Source: Ylistrum balloti
Taxonomy: Eukaryota
Assembly: GCF_031769215.1 (NCBI RefSeq)
Contig: NW_026782366.1
Coordinates: forward strand, 124,001 to 188,000
DNA: 64,000 bases
Reading direction: 5' to 3'
The notes beneath the pieces are model-generated. The model was given only the letters and a program-made list of their open reading frames with translations, did no database searches and was not told the origin of the DNA. Shown piece after piece: positions 26,578 to 38,245 of this stretch; position 1 is the first letter of the stretch; each line of letters starts with the position of its first letter. The translations under genes were made by a program, and so were the position numbers.

Positions 26578-27045
26578 AACAAGAGGCCTGGATACACTGT
26601 TTATACAGAACTAATTACCGTTCACCAACGAAAACTTCAGTATAAATTTGAGCAAAAGCCAATCATTTCTACAGGAAGAGTGAGATTTAAAAGAAATTGC
26701 TCGATTTCCATATTTCGCCCTGCTCCTCCCTCCCAAGAAGGCTGACACCTACCGTGTATACAAAATTGATGCCCTTTCATCCGATAACGCTTCAGACCAA
26801 ATTTGAGCAAAATCCAATCATTCCTACAAGAGAAGTAGGATTATAAATAATTTGTTATATTTACCCTTTTGGGCTCTGCTCCTCCCATCCTAATGGGTAA
26901 AAACAAATCGTTTATAAAAATTTCCTTACCCTTCCCCCAACAATGCTTCAGACCAAATTTGAACAAAATCCAATCACTCCTACGAGAGGGAATAAGACTT
27001 TAAAGGATTTACTCTATTTTCCTTTATGGTCCTTCGGGACAATGC
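26578..27045 (+). mobile_element. HINE-like element with 3 ~150-bp central repeats
   Basis: Starts AACAAGAGGCC; units contain CTTCAGACCAAATTTGAGCAAAATCCAATCA; 3' hairpin GTCC-TTCG-GGAC (27029-27040). Same family as 33490-34537, opposite orientation. Confidence 0.65.
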
Positions 27046-28959
27046 TTACACTGATACCTGGGTGATTGCAATAATTGCCCCTCTAAAATTCAAATATACA
27101 ATATCTAAACATCATCATTACACATTTCCTTGACCATAATGTCCTTTGAGGATGCCAAAGATTACTTTTACCTCTATTACAGAGATCATAAGTAAAAATG
27201 AATTTATGACTTACATCAGTTAGTCAAAGATTATATATCTCTTACTTCCCACATGGTGCATGGTACAGAATCTTTGATGTTATAACAATGACAAATACAA
27301 AAGGAGAGTGAGAATCATGTGTATAGTAGTGGAAAATTGCCTTTCATTAAAAGATCTTAAAACACAATTGGTCTTTAATTGAAATATTTTAATGTCAGAT
27401 GAAACAATATATACATGTATATTTATTACTCTAACATCATTTCACTCTTCATTACATTGTTACTTTTGAAAACAAATACCTGTAAATGTGATACAAAAAT
27501 ACTGCAAGATGTACCACAAAACCTATCACAAAATCTGATCTAAGATTGTTTTAACGTTACAGTCTTATTGCATGGTGTTTACAATAAATTTGAAGGTACT
27601 TTATACTGTAAATCAATCATCAATAATCTGACTGTTTCTACTTTATATAAGTTTAAACATTTAGTAAGCATTTAGTTAACAATCATCAGATATCGTCTTT
27701 TTATACTATGTAGGAACTGCAGCTCCTGAAGATAAAGTAGTTCAATAAGACTGATCCTTTCATAAAAACACAACACAAGTCAATCAATCTTCAAGCATGT
27801 TTTCAAATCTCCGAGAACCAGCATCTTCCTGTCACTGCAAAGACACCTGTTTGTGATTTACCTGGTCTGCTTCATTTCTTCACAGCTCACATGATTTTAT
27901 ACTATACAGTTCATTAGATTCTAATTTCTTCTATAATTAACTAGAATATTTCATTCACACTTCTTTTCATCTTTCACAAACAATTTCACAGATGTAACAA
28001 CAGGAAGCAAAGATATTTCACACAAACTAATGCAACACTAGGATTTATGCATGTCATCAAATTCATCCAAGAACTTTTCTTGTTTGATACTGCGGATTGT
28101 TCCTCCATCTGAGCGTAATGTTAAGGATAATAAGAAATAATTAGAATGATGAATTTTTAACAAACATATGTGTTCATTTTTTGTTACTTTGTTTTCAAGT
28201 TGTATTAAGTAACTGAGGTAATGTTTTGTTTTCTTGTACTCTAACTACAGACTCTACATTTGTGTATGTGTGCGTCAGAGGGGGAAAAAACATTTATCTG
28301 ACGGGCTTTATTGAAGAGATGTGAAGTAAATTCATCTAAGCATTGGTTACTTGTACTATTAAACTTCAGCAATACTGTTTATCATAATCAAGAGAGGTGT
28401 GGCTATCAACAAAATATAATGAACTCATAAATTTGTTTTCTCTATACACACTCAGTTGTAAAATACAAAAAGTCTCACATTCTTGGAGTTCAAAATCTAA
28501 TCCTGATGTTACTTTCCAACTTTTAGCAATTATCTTTTGGATAATATTCATTAGGAATGTAATTTCCAGTGAAAAGATAATCTCATCACACAAACAGGAG
28601 GTTTAAGTGTGATATTTTGATGACTACATTGTCACCTTCATCAGACAAAAGACCACTGTGAACTGCAATAGCACTGATGAACGTAATGTACAAGATGGTA
28701 AGAAATCAACCAATTTTTTCAGCACTATTATAATCCTATATACTCTAAGGTAGAAAACTGTGTGACGAGATGGTAAAAAGGTTATAGAAAAAAGTACACA
28801 AGATGCTTCAATGTACTGTAGTCTATCAGGCTAAGCATTTTTTCATACTTGGTCATAGATGTGCAGCAGAAATTACCAGCAAACAACATAATAATTACCA
28901 AAGAGAATGTTTTGCACTTTAACAGTTTAGCAAGAACAGATCTACAAATGTATCATCAT

Positions 28960-29720
28960 ATTAGCAGCCAATAAGGGGAAGCCAAAGTCATCCTGGACAC
29001 TAACATATAAAAGAACAAAGTCATAAATATGTTTGAAGACAACAAACCACATTAAAAACTCAAGAACAACCCTCACTAAAAGTTCAAAAAGCATCTGGTA
29101 GCTATCTTATCAAAACTAGTGCAAGAAAATAAGATCACTGAATCATAATATCAACATCTGTATCCAACTGAAGAGAATACTCCTAGAATGTACTACCCCA
29201 CCCAAGATCCACAAAAAATAAATGCAACTCATCACCACCTATATGTTTTCAGATCACTAGCAGACATTATAGGGCCCACTAATATGGAAACCTGAACACC
29301 ATGTCAACACTTGACAGACCTTGCAGAAAGTATGTAACGGTAATGTTCTTGGTGGAAATGATATGTTGATGACATATTAGAATTAGTCAAGAAAGGGTCA
29401 CAAAAGAATTTGACTGTGCATATCAATACTATCGATAACATCAACACCAAATTCACATTTTAAGAAGAAATTGATGGTATGGTACCATTCCGTGATTCCC
29501 TTCTAGTAAAGAAAGATGGTAGTACTATTTAACCAATGGTCTTTAGGAAAAATGCACATAAACCAATAACTCACACCACATTACACCAAAGTTGGGCATT
29601 GTACAAACTTTCGCAACACATATGAAATAACTGTTGTAAAAAAACAAGACAAGACAAAAAAAGACAAAATCACCTCCATGAAAGCATATGATATCCAGAT
29701 TTGGCAATCCACAAAGTTAT
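28960..29720 (+). mobile_element. Decayed Penelope-like element reverse-transcriptase fragment
   Basis: Broken-frame translation gives A(N)KG..KVILD, PRMY..PKIHK, NID-NI..KFT.EE.DG..PF.D.L..KKDGS and VFRK.AH, which are PLE RT motifs. Many stops and frameshifts. Confidence 0.7.
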
Positions 29721-30613
29721 CAACAGTTTTAGGGATTGAAAAGAACAAAATGAAAGGAAAGATAGTCATCTCTTAAAGGCAGATTTGGGGTCCAACTTCA
29801 TGAACAATGGAAAAATGTGAAATCTCAAGAAGGCAAAAACTTGCCTAGATCAGAATGAAAGCATTCTTAGCCCAAGATCAATAAATTGGCAATTACAGAC
29901 ACTGACTGGAAAATTCCAAAGTAGTTGACAGGGAAAACACTTTTCAGTAAGCTGATCAAGGAGGCCATTTGAGATGCCAAAGCAGGCCATGATAATGTTC
30001 AGGTGCCATAAAATCACATACATCTATGACCAGTGTTTAACAACATTTACTACAGTACTTTGATATAGTGATGTGTACTTTTTTTTCAATAACCTCTTCA
30101 CCATCTTGTCATCTTATTTTCTACCTGAATGTACATAGGGTTATAGTACACCCGTAAAAAATATTTGGTTCTTTACCATCTCATACACTAAGTACATTTT
30201 TATTTGTATGTCAGTGCTAGCACACTTCCCGCTGGTAATTTCTCTGATGACAAGCACTCCTTTGTCAATATATTGACATGAAATGTTCATAAGAAACATG
30301 ATGTTAATTTTCATAGAGGAATCTACAATATGGTAAAAAATATTCAGTCCACTGACTTACTTTATGCCTCATCCATTTTCCGATCTGTATGGAAGAAATA
30401 TGACCGGACCTCACTTGTTTTACCTCTGCCCAATATCCCAAATCTGCCTTTATGGCCACACTTGCCGGTGCTCCAGTACCCGTTTAATGTGTTTAATTTG
30501 TACAACTGGGTAATTTCCAATATTTTCGCGTTTTAAAGAGCGTTGAAGTTTAACTGAACTCACCAATACCTTGTCATCGTTGATATAGTAGGCAGGGTCA
30601 AGAGTATTTTTCA

Positions 30614-30874
30614 TAAATATACCATGTCATTGAAAAGGATACATAACCCAAATGCCACAAGAATCAGAAGCACTCCAATATATCTGCCTCGTTTCTTTGT
30701 TGTTTGCGTCTGAACCGATCGCAATTTATTTGCTTTCCCGATTTTCTTCACAAAAAACTTTTGATTTTCATCGAGATATTGTGATGCATCTTTTGAAAGG
30801 TCCAATTGTTTCATATATGTAGGATCTGGTTTTAATCCGAGCTTCATCCGGCACCAGTCCACTATCGACGCCAT
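30614..30874 (-). CDS. First coding segment of an unidentified single-pass membrane protein gene
   Basis: AACATGG start at 30874. MASIVDWCRMKLG... (60 aa) then basic KKRGRY and hydrophobic IGVLLILVAFGLCILF. Lies beside a CpG-rich block. The genomic frame stops at DMVYL*, and the downstream structure is unresolved (see findings). Confidence 0.55.
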
Positions 30875-31210
30875 GTTGGTTACGAAATGTGATAGAAACG
30901 AGAAGTCGATAAAAACAATTCTTCTTGTAACGGTGCTCAAAAGTTTGAGGTAACTAACACGTTTATAAGAGTTAATAATATATGAGAAAAAGTAGTAGTT
31001 TTCACAAAGACAAGAGGATAGTGGATGACAGTACAGATTTAAACGAATGTAATTTTATCGACTATCTAAGTCTCGAAAAAGGAGTCGCTGTCGAATGAAA
31101 GTTTGAAATGAAGGACGAAGCTTTTTAAAGCGTTGCAGAGACGTAGTGTTTTGATTTTTGACAAGTGCAGTCGTCTCGACTTTCAGCTCTAGAGCAATTA
31201 CAACAAGGTA
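30875..31210. promoter_or_regulatory. Candidate bidirectional promoter and plus-strand non-coding first exon
   Basis: Local CpG enrichment directly upstream of the minus-strand ATG at 30874. Plus-strand donor CAAG|GTATAG near 31207 could splice to the TTTTGCAG acceptor at 34663. Confidence 0.4.
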
Positions 31211-31654
31211 TAGTGATTTAGGCATAGACCAGTCTTTATATTTTATGTCACTTCGTTCAACTAGACATTTCGAAGGTAAAAATCTGATGTGCCCTAGTGC
31301 ATGAAGCATGCATATAAATATAGAAACGACGAGTGTTGTATATCATTGTTTACTAGCAAATCTGTGTATCTGATGGTAACGCTTGGACCCTGCTGGAAAC
31401 CAAACACTCATGAATGCTTTAGTTACAGCGGTTATCTTTGCGAGACATCTTCAAACTTTGCAATTTTACAACTCTTTTTGTCTTTTATATTTAATTTTAT
31501 GTTAATTAGATTTGAAACTACCAACACATCAGTGTAGGCGAGCACAGCAAAGAGTGATCGGTATGTACAAGGTGGTAATTTAAGTGTTACTGACTACAAC
31601 ATGTGGTATATAACCCTGGTAAATACTAGATGCAATATATCATTCAACTATGAA

Positions 31655-31725
31655 AAACCTCTCTATTGCTTGATCGGTCGAGCGTTTGACTTGTAAGTTT
31701 ATGTGTTTGAATACTAGCGGGCATT
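31655..31725 (+). mobile_element. tRNA-derived SINE fragment
   Basis: CTCTATTGCTTGATCGGTCGAGCGTTTGACTTGTAAG...GTTTGAATAC is the forward-orientation homolog of the 14.7-kb and 18.4-kb copies. Confidence 0.45.
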
Positions 31726-33489
31726 GAAATTAATTGTGACCTCTGTTAGTCACACCTGACTAAACAACTACCAAAGAGGAACATGAAGCTATATATTTTT
31801 CTGGCTTTGACATCTCATTAAATGTTGTAGAAAATAAAGTTACAGATAGTAGTAAATTATTTCTAAGACCAGTATACAATTATGAACAATACAAATTCTC
31901 GTTCTTGTGCATATGGTCATAGAATTGAACAAATTAGTCGAGGATGTAGTGCACCTCAGCATTGGAGGCATGCAAAAATGCGGTATTCTAATGGTTCATC
32001 TAAAGCATACAAATTAGTATGAATGGGTCTGACTTCCTATCCATGATTTTCATTTCGTCATTGACCAAGTTTTGCCTTGGTTACAGCAAAATTGCAGATA
32101 GATAGTAATAATCCTTAGGACTAACCAACACAACATGTAGTCATTATATTTTTTCCTTTGGCATTCTGTATTCATTTCACATTTTAAACTTTTTTCAAGG
32201 TCCATTGGTGCAATATAACTCAAACCAAACAAAACATTATTTTTGTAGGCAGTCTGATATCCAGTAGCATCACAACGACTGCTATCTTAAAAGCACATTT
32301 TAAACTTCTTCTCCACTACCACTGTTACTATTGAGCGTAAAACTGGGGGAGAGGGAGATGCTAGAAAATTGTTATTTTTCAATCTTGTCAAAAAGGCAAC
32401 ATGATCACACAATTATTGTTTTTCAGAACAACAATTATATTGAACTTCATAAGTTCCACCAGTGAGATATTAAATTAACTGAAAATTGTCTGGAATGATC
32501 ATAAGGTGGTCTTGAACAAGTGTTGTTATGATTTGGATTGATATGAAATCCAATAAGGCTGCCATCTTGAATCTTTTATTTGATTTGGTGTCATTAAGTC
32601 GAAAATAGGTGGGGATGTTAAAGGAAAAGATTTCTACTTATGACTGTCTACTACTGTTATATATTAATAACTAAACTACTTAATTATATCACCTGTATGG
32701 TTTTAGTACACATCTTTAAGGCTGTTTTATTACAAAAAAAGAATTAGAAATTAATAAATTGAGATAGAAACGAAATTCATTTTGCCTTTTTAACCCCTCA
32801 TTTAGTTTCTCAAATGTATTTCCAAAATTATGAAATGTATGTACAATTAAAATGTATACAGCATTTATGGTCAGGCTACTGAAAAATTATTTTCCTCTTG
32901 TTTCCAAATAGATAATAATTTTTGTCCTTTGACATTTCATTATACTTTGATGAATTTTCTTTGAAAAAGAATGTATCAGAAATTGAAAGGTAATTTTATT
33001 ACAAATGAAATTTCATTTTTGGGCCTATAGCAATTGTTGGGAACTATTATCATGTGTTTCCAATCATTAAGTAAATATAATGATGGATGACACTCAACTC
33101 AATATTCAAACTTCATTAACTCATCAGAAGGATTTTATCTCTTTGTTTTTCCCATGCCAAACAACTTAGTAAGATGATATAATTGTACCATATTGATGCA
33201 TTTCCTTCACCATGAAATGGCCAGGACATATATAGTATCATTGCCCTTGTCATTCAGTGATAATTTGGTGTATGTTTGTTTGCTCTTTTGTGAATGGAGA
33301 TATTGAACAGTTTTGCCCAAAACTGCATATGGAATTAAAAGGAAATACGAATAATGTATGATAAATAAAATTGAACGTTGCCAAGTATATCTGTAGTGGT
33401 AATTTATAGAATATGACTGTTAAATCTTTGTTGTTTATGATATATTGTTCTAGTCCCATTTGTGTGTCACTTTTGTTGTGTGCTCATAT

Positions 33490-34537
33490 TGATCTTGGTT
33501 TTCGGCCCCTAGAGGCCTGAGCGGTGGGACCAAAAAGGGAAAATCGTGTACGGTCTTTTAAATTCACTCCTCTGAAAGAATGAATAGATATTGCCCATAT
33601 TTGGTCTGAAGCATTCTTGGGTGAAGAGGAATCATCTTGAATAAATGTTAACCTCCGTTCCCTGGATGGGGGCCTGAAAAGCGGAAAAGTGTAAATTCTT
33701 TTAAATCCTACTCCACCTGTTGGAGGGATGTTTGGATTTTACCCAAATTTGGTCTGAAGCATTCTTTGATGGAAGGAAATCAATCTTGTAAAGATATTAA
33801 GTCTCGGGCAACCTGGAGTGGGCAAAGCGGGACCCAATAGAGAAATGGGACACATTCTTCAAATATCTTTTTACTTAAAATCCTACTCCTCCAGCAGGAA
33901 TGATTGGAATTTGCCAAGATTTGGTTAGAAACATTCTTGGGTGAAGTGGAATCAATTTTGTATAAACTTTTCATTTTGGTTTTCCCCGGGAAGGGCAAGG
34001 TACAGTAGGGAAATAGAGCAAATATTTTAAAATCATTCTTCTTCTGTAGGAATACAGGGAGTGTCCCAATATAGCCTGAAGCATACTTGGGTGAAGAGTA
34101 ATCAATCATGCACAAATAGTGGATCTCAGCCCATAGGGCAGGAGGGGTGGGGCCTTATAGGAGAAGTAGGGAAAATTCTTCAAAATCATTTTTCTTATAC
34201 AGGAAAGGTCTGGATTTTGTCTTGAGACATGCTTGAGTGAAGGAGATCAATTTTGTATAAACATTGGGTTCTGGCCCCTTGGGGTGGGAGGGGCAGGGCC
34301 AAATAGTTGAAATAGAGGAAATTCTTTAAAATCCTTATTTTGTTTTATCTGAAAACATCCTTGGTGAAGAGGACTTTGTTTTTTCCAAACAGTGCATCTA
34401 ATCCTCTTAGTGGGGAGGGGCAAGTCTATTACGGGGAAGTAGATTCAAATGTTTTAATTACTTTTCCTTTTGTTTGAATTAATCAAATTCAGCAAACTAA
34501 ACTAAGTTTGTAATACAGGACCTATGGGCCTCTTGTT
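33490..34537 (-). mobile_element. HINE-like element with about 6 degenerate ~150-160-bp satellite-like central repeats
   Basis: Minus-strand start AACAAGAGGCCCATAGGTCC at 34537. TTGGTCTGAAGCATTCTTGGGTGAAG-like motifs recur at about 33600, 33750, 33920, 34075, 34222 and 34352. Confidence 0.7.
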
Positions 34538-34682
34538 ATTTTGAATCAAAACTTATGCAGACATGTTTCTTAAATTCAATATATTTAGATTGTTACTGAG
34601 TAAGTTAAAGAGGAATTCTGGAAGGGAAGTTGATAATAATTCACAAATTTATAATTTTTGCAGGTCGGTTGGATGGACCATC

Positions 34683-35927
34683 ATGGGAAACTCCAACAGC
34701 CACAAGCGGACTGGATGTTCCAACAAAGTGGAGCACTGGTCATTGATCCAGAATACACCAGTAACTGGAGTCTTGCAGTCTTGTTCTTATGGGAGATGGA
34801 TAAAAACTCAGCGCAGCATCTGTGGCTATGCAGACTATGCTGACTTCACTACTTGTCGTGAGTCCAGGAGAAGATGTGGAGTACTTGCCAAACCTGACAC
34901 TACATGTGGACGGTACTTTGTGCCAAGTTTCAAATCCAAGTCAGAATTGCTGATTGTAGAAAAGCAGAAATGGTATGTTGGTAACTTCAAACTCCCACGT
35001 GTACCTGTCCCAGACCCACAGTGGGTTCGCCATTCCCAACATAATCGAAATCGAAGGGAATGCAGTGTGGTTGCATACAGCAATGGACTTGTTGTTGTTC
35101 AAATAAACACCAACAGGTATTATTTGTCACCAAAATTCTATATACTAGACATTGAAACAGGTCAGGTTGTCGGCCATTTTCTGATGTTCTACCACTGTAG
35201 GAGATGGTATGAGTGCTATATTTCACCCAATAAACACAGAATTCTTTTACGTCCTGACAGTCTCACAAGGGTGGTTGCTTTACCTGACAATTACCTGTTG
35301 GAAAATGTCTACATTAATCCAAACACCAATCACTCTAGTCTGTCCGTGGGAACCATCCCGCCAATTTTTCGTGCTCATGTTATGACATTTAATGCCTTAG
35401 CTGGTGACAACAGAATTGTCATGGCAAGCCAGAAAGATCTAGAAATCCGCTCTGTGGAAACATGGGATATTCTGTATGGTGTTCAGAATCTGGATCTCCC
35501 AACAAACATACAACAGATGAAATCCAGTCCTCTTGGTGACTTCATCGCTCTACGCTGTGTTCACCCTGTTCATTGTAAGGAATACAGCGTCAATGTAATT
35601 GCTGTGCTCAACTTCAGAACTTTAGACATTTTGTTCAAAGTGGATGTGTGTGGTTGCTACTGGCCTGTGTCAGAGGTTATCAATCTCCAAGTGTTCCCTT
35701 ACTTCTCGCCTGGAGAAGCATCCATTTCTCTGATGAAGAACTGTACCTATCACCGCAAGGTTGTCACATACAAGCTCCCTATTCCCCGCTTGAATTTGCA
35801 ATACCTGTGTCGCAGAGCAATACTCCATCTCACAAATTTCAGAGATCTGAGCAAACTTCCTCTTCCAAAGAAGATCATCAGCTTTCTCCAGGCTAAACCA
35901 CCTGTTATCAAGGACAAGCCATTGTAA
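34683..35927 (+). CDS. SOCS-box protein with a degenerate WD40/beta-propeller-like region and predicted N-myristoylation (414 aa, single coding exon)
   Basis: Acceptor TTTTGCAG at 34663 precedes ACCATCATGG, so the likely start is MGNSNS (G2, S6) rather than the track's 34563. Strand-like SPxG/DIETG repeats. C-terminal LNLQYLCRRAI...LSKLPLPKKIISFL is a BC box plus LPLP Cul5 box. Confidence 0.85.
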   Translation: MGNSNSHKRTGCSNKVEHWSLIQNTPVTGVLQSCSYGRWIKTQRSICGYADYADFTTCRESRRRCGVLAKPDTTCGRYFVPSFKSKSELLIVEKQKWYVGNFKLPRVPVPDPQWVRHSQHNRNRRECSVVAYSNGLVVVQINTNRYYLSPKFYILDIETGQVVGHFLMFYHCRRWYECYISPNKHRILLRPDSLTRVVALPDNYLLENVYINPNTNHSSLSVGTIPPIFRAHVMTFNALAGDNRIVMASQKDLEIRSVETWDILYGVQNLDLPTNIQQMKSSPLGDFIALRCVHPVHCKEYSVNVIAVLNFRTLDILFKVDVCGCYWPVSEVINLQVFPYFSPGEASISLMKNCTYHRKVVTYKLPIPRLNLQYLCRRAILHLTNFRDLSKLPLPKKIISFLQAKPPVIKDKPL

Positions 35928-36519
35928 TTGTTCAGCTCTCACCACATGAATAACTATCACTTTTGAAATCTGAAAGATTTAGCAAATTTGGAAAGTTTAT
36001 CATATGTCTCTCTATCATTTCATATTATATCTACAACATACAAGCAGGACAAAATCATCAATGTCTTTCCATTTTCAAATAACTTTCAAACATTTATAAA
36101 CCTGGATGGAAAAAGTGTTTTATGTTATTAGATGTTTTACCTAAATTTCTGAGAGGGAGTGTTTCAGTCCGTATCATTGCAGATGGGCATACATGTATCA
36201 TTTTAGTCAAATAGATTATTTAACAAAATGCCGGAGACAATGAGGTTGATATGATTTGAGATTTGTCTTATAGTGACATGCATGAACCGATTAAATACAT
36301 AAATTTTGTACCACCTCTAAGATTACAAAATAGTGAGGAGACAACTTATTCATTTTTAGGGGCTTTCCCTGTTTGGCAGATCTAGCCTACTATTTTTACT
36401 AGAGCCAGCAGTAGATTTATAGACCATTCACACAAAGTCACTTCTCCAAACAGAAGCTAGATAAGCATTATTGACTGTTTTGTAAATGTATTCACTAATC
36501 AATAAGAGTTTTACAGTAA

Positions 36520-37920
36520 CTGATCACGGTCCTAAGGTAAAGCCAATGCCACAGTATGACAAAGAATGATATATAGCTGTTGCGTTGTTTCTAGAGTAAC
36601 CATCTCTTACCTTGGACAGGTAAATCCACACTTTTTAGTGGTATCAGATCTTGTCTTGGGTTTAGACAGAGGGGTTTCCTTCTCAGGACAATGACATGAT
36701 GTCACAGTAACAATTCAATGGCAACAATTAAATCATGTTAACAACATAACCTAACTCGCAAGTACTAACTTCCAAGGGGGTAAAAAATTCTATAAATCTT
36801 GGTCCTATGATAAAGCCAATGTCATGGTACAATACTTGATAATAAGTGTTGTCTGGTGTCTAGAGTTACTCATCATAGTCTAGAGTTACTCATCATAGTC
36901 CGAGGGTAAAGCTGATGTTATGATATGATAATGGACAATAACTGTTTTGTAGTGTCTAGAGTAACTCATCTTAGTCCAAGGGTAAAGCCGATGTTACAGT
37001 GCGATAATTGACAATAACTGTTGTGTGGTGTCTAGAGTAACTCATTATAGTCCGAGGGTAAAGCTGATGTTATGGAACGATAATGGACAATAACTGTTGT
37101 GTGGTGTCTAGAGTAACTCATCTTAGTCCTAGGGTAAAGCCAATGATATGGTATGATAATGGATAAGTGTTGTGTGGTGTCTAGAGTAACTCATCATAGT
37201 CCGAGGGTAAAGCTGATGTTATGGAACGATAATGGACAATAACTGTTGTGTGGTGTCTAGAGTAACTCATCTTAGTCCTAGGGTAAAGCCAATGATATGG
37301 TATGATAATGGATAAGTGTTGTGTGGTGTCTAGAGTAACTCATCATAGTCCGAGGGTAAAGCTGATGTTATGGAACGATAATGGACAATAACTGTTGTGT
37401 GGTGTCTAGAGTAACTCATCTTAGTCCTAGGGTAAAGCCAATGATATGGTATGATAATGGATAACTGTTGTGTGGTGTCTAGAGTAACTCATTATAGTCC
37501 GAGGGTAAAGCTGATGTTATGGAACGATAATGGACAATAACTGTTGTGTGGTGTCTAGAGTAACTCATCATAGTCCGAGGGTAAAGCTGATGTTATGGAA
37601 CGATAATAGACAATAACTGTTGTGTTGTGTCTAGAGTAACTCATCTTAGTCCTAGGGTAAAGCCAATGATATGGTATGATAATGGATAAGTGTTGTGTGG
37701 TGTCTAGAGTAACTCATCATAGTCCGAGGGTAAAGCTGATGTTATGGAACGATAATGGACAATAACTGTTGTGTGGTGTCTAGAGTAACTCTTCTTTGTC
37801 CTAGGGTAGAGCCAGTGATATGGTATGATAAAGAATAACAGCTGTTGCTTGGTGTCAAGGTTAACTCACTGCAGTCCTGGGGTAAAGCTAATATCATGGT
37901 ATAACAAAGGATGATGACTG
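36520..37920. repeat. Minisatellite with alternating 76-bp and 73-bp units (149-bp higher-order repeat)
   Basis: CTAGAG starts at 37032, 37108, 37181, 37257, 37330, 37406, 37479, 37555, 37631, 37704 and 37780, giving spacings 76/73/76/73/76/73/76/76/73/76. Flanks are degenerate. Confidence 0.95.
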
Positions 37921-38069
37921 TTTCCTGAAGTCCAATGTCCAGTTTGCTTGGGTATCAAAAGGTATAGAGGAATATCCTCTGAAATGTTACACACATCTTT
38001 GTAGAACTAATGTTACCTCACCCCCTTTTCTTACTGCTAACAACTATTGGGAGTGTGGGGGAGGGAGTA

Positions 38070-38245
38070 GGCCATTATGACTGAGTGGTTAAGGTGTCTC
38101 ACCATCATTATCACTAGCCCTCCACCTCTGGGTTGTGGAAGCAAGTCCTACGTTGGGTAGTCACCAGGTACTGGCCTCAGGTTTCTTCCACCAACCACAT
38201 CCTGAAATGACCCTGGCTGTCAATAGGACATAAAGCAACAACAAA
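38070..38245 (+). mobile_element. tRNA-derived SINE, near full length with an internal deletion
   Basis: A-box-like GGCCATTATGACTGAGTGGTTAAGG head, ATCACTAGCCCTCCACCTCTGGGTTG body, AAATGACCCTGGCTGTCAATAGGAC tail and an AC-rich end. Resembles a common mollusc SINE as recalled. Confidence 0.75.

Noticed and set aside
28672-28715. Other CTGATGA/CTGACGA/CTGAAGA heptamers (about 415, 28675, 30245, 40190, 45160, 45850, 46183 plus strand) as hammerheads
   Set aside because: None has a pairing stem II followed by GAAA and a stem I.
34563-34682. ORF-track N-terminus MFLKFNIFRLLLSK... of the SOCS-box protein
   Set aside because: AT-rich, intron-like sequence ending in a clear TTTTGCAG acceptor at 34663; the downstream ATG has good context and gives a myristoylation motif.
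38070-38245. tRNA genes at the A-box/B-box-like sequences (also 14.7, 18.4 and 31.7 kb)
   Set aside because: No complete cloverleaf, and tRNA-unrelated bodies and tails follow; these are SINEs.
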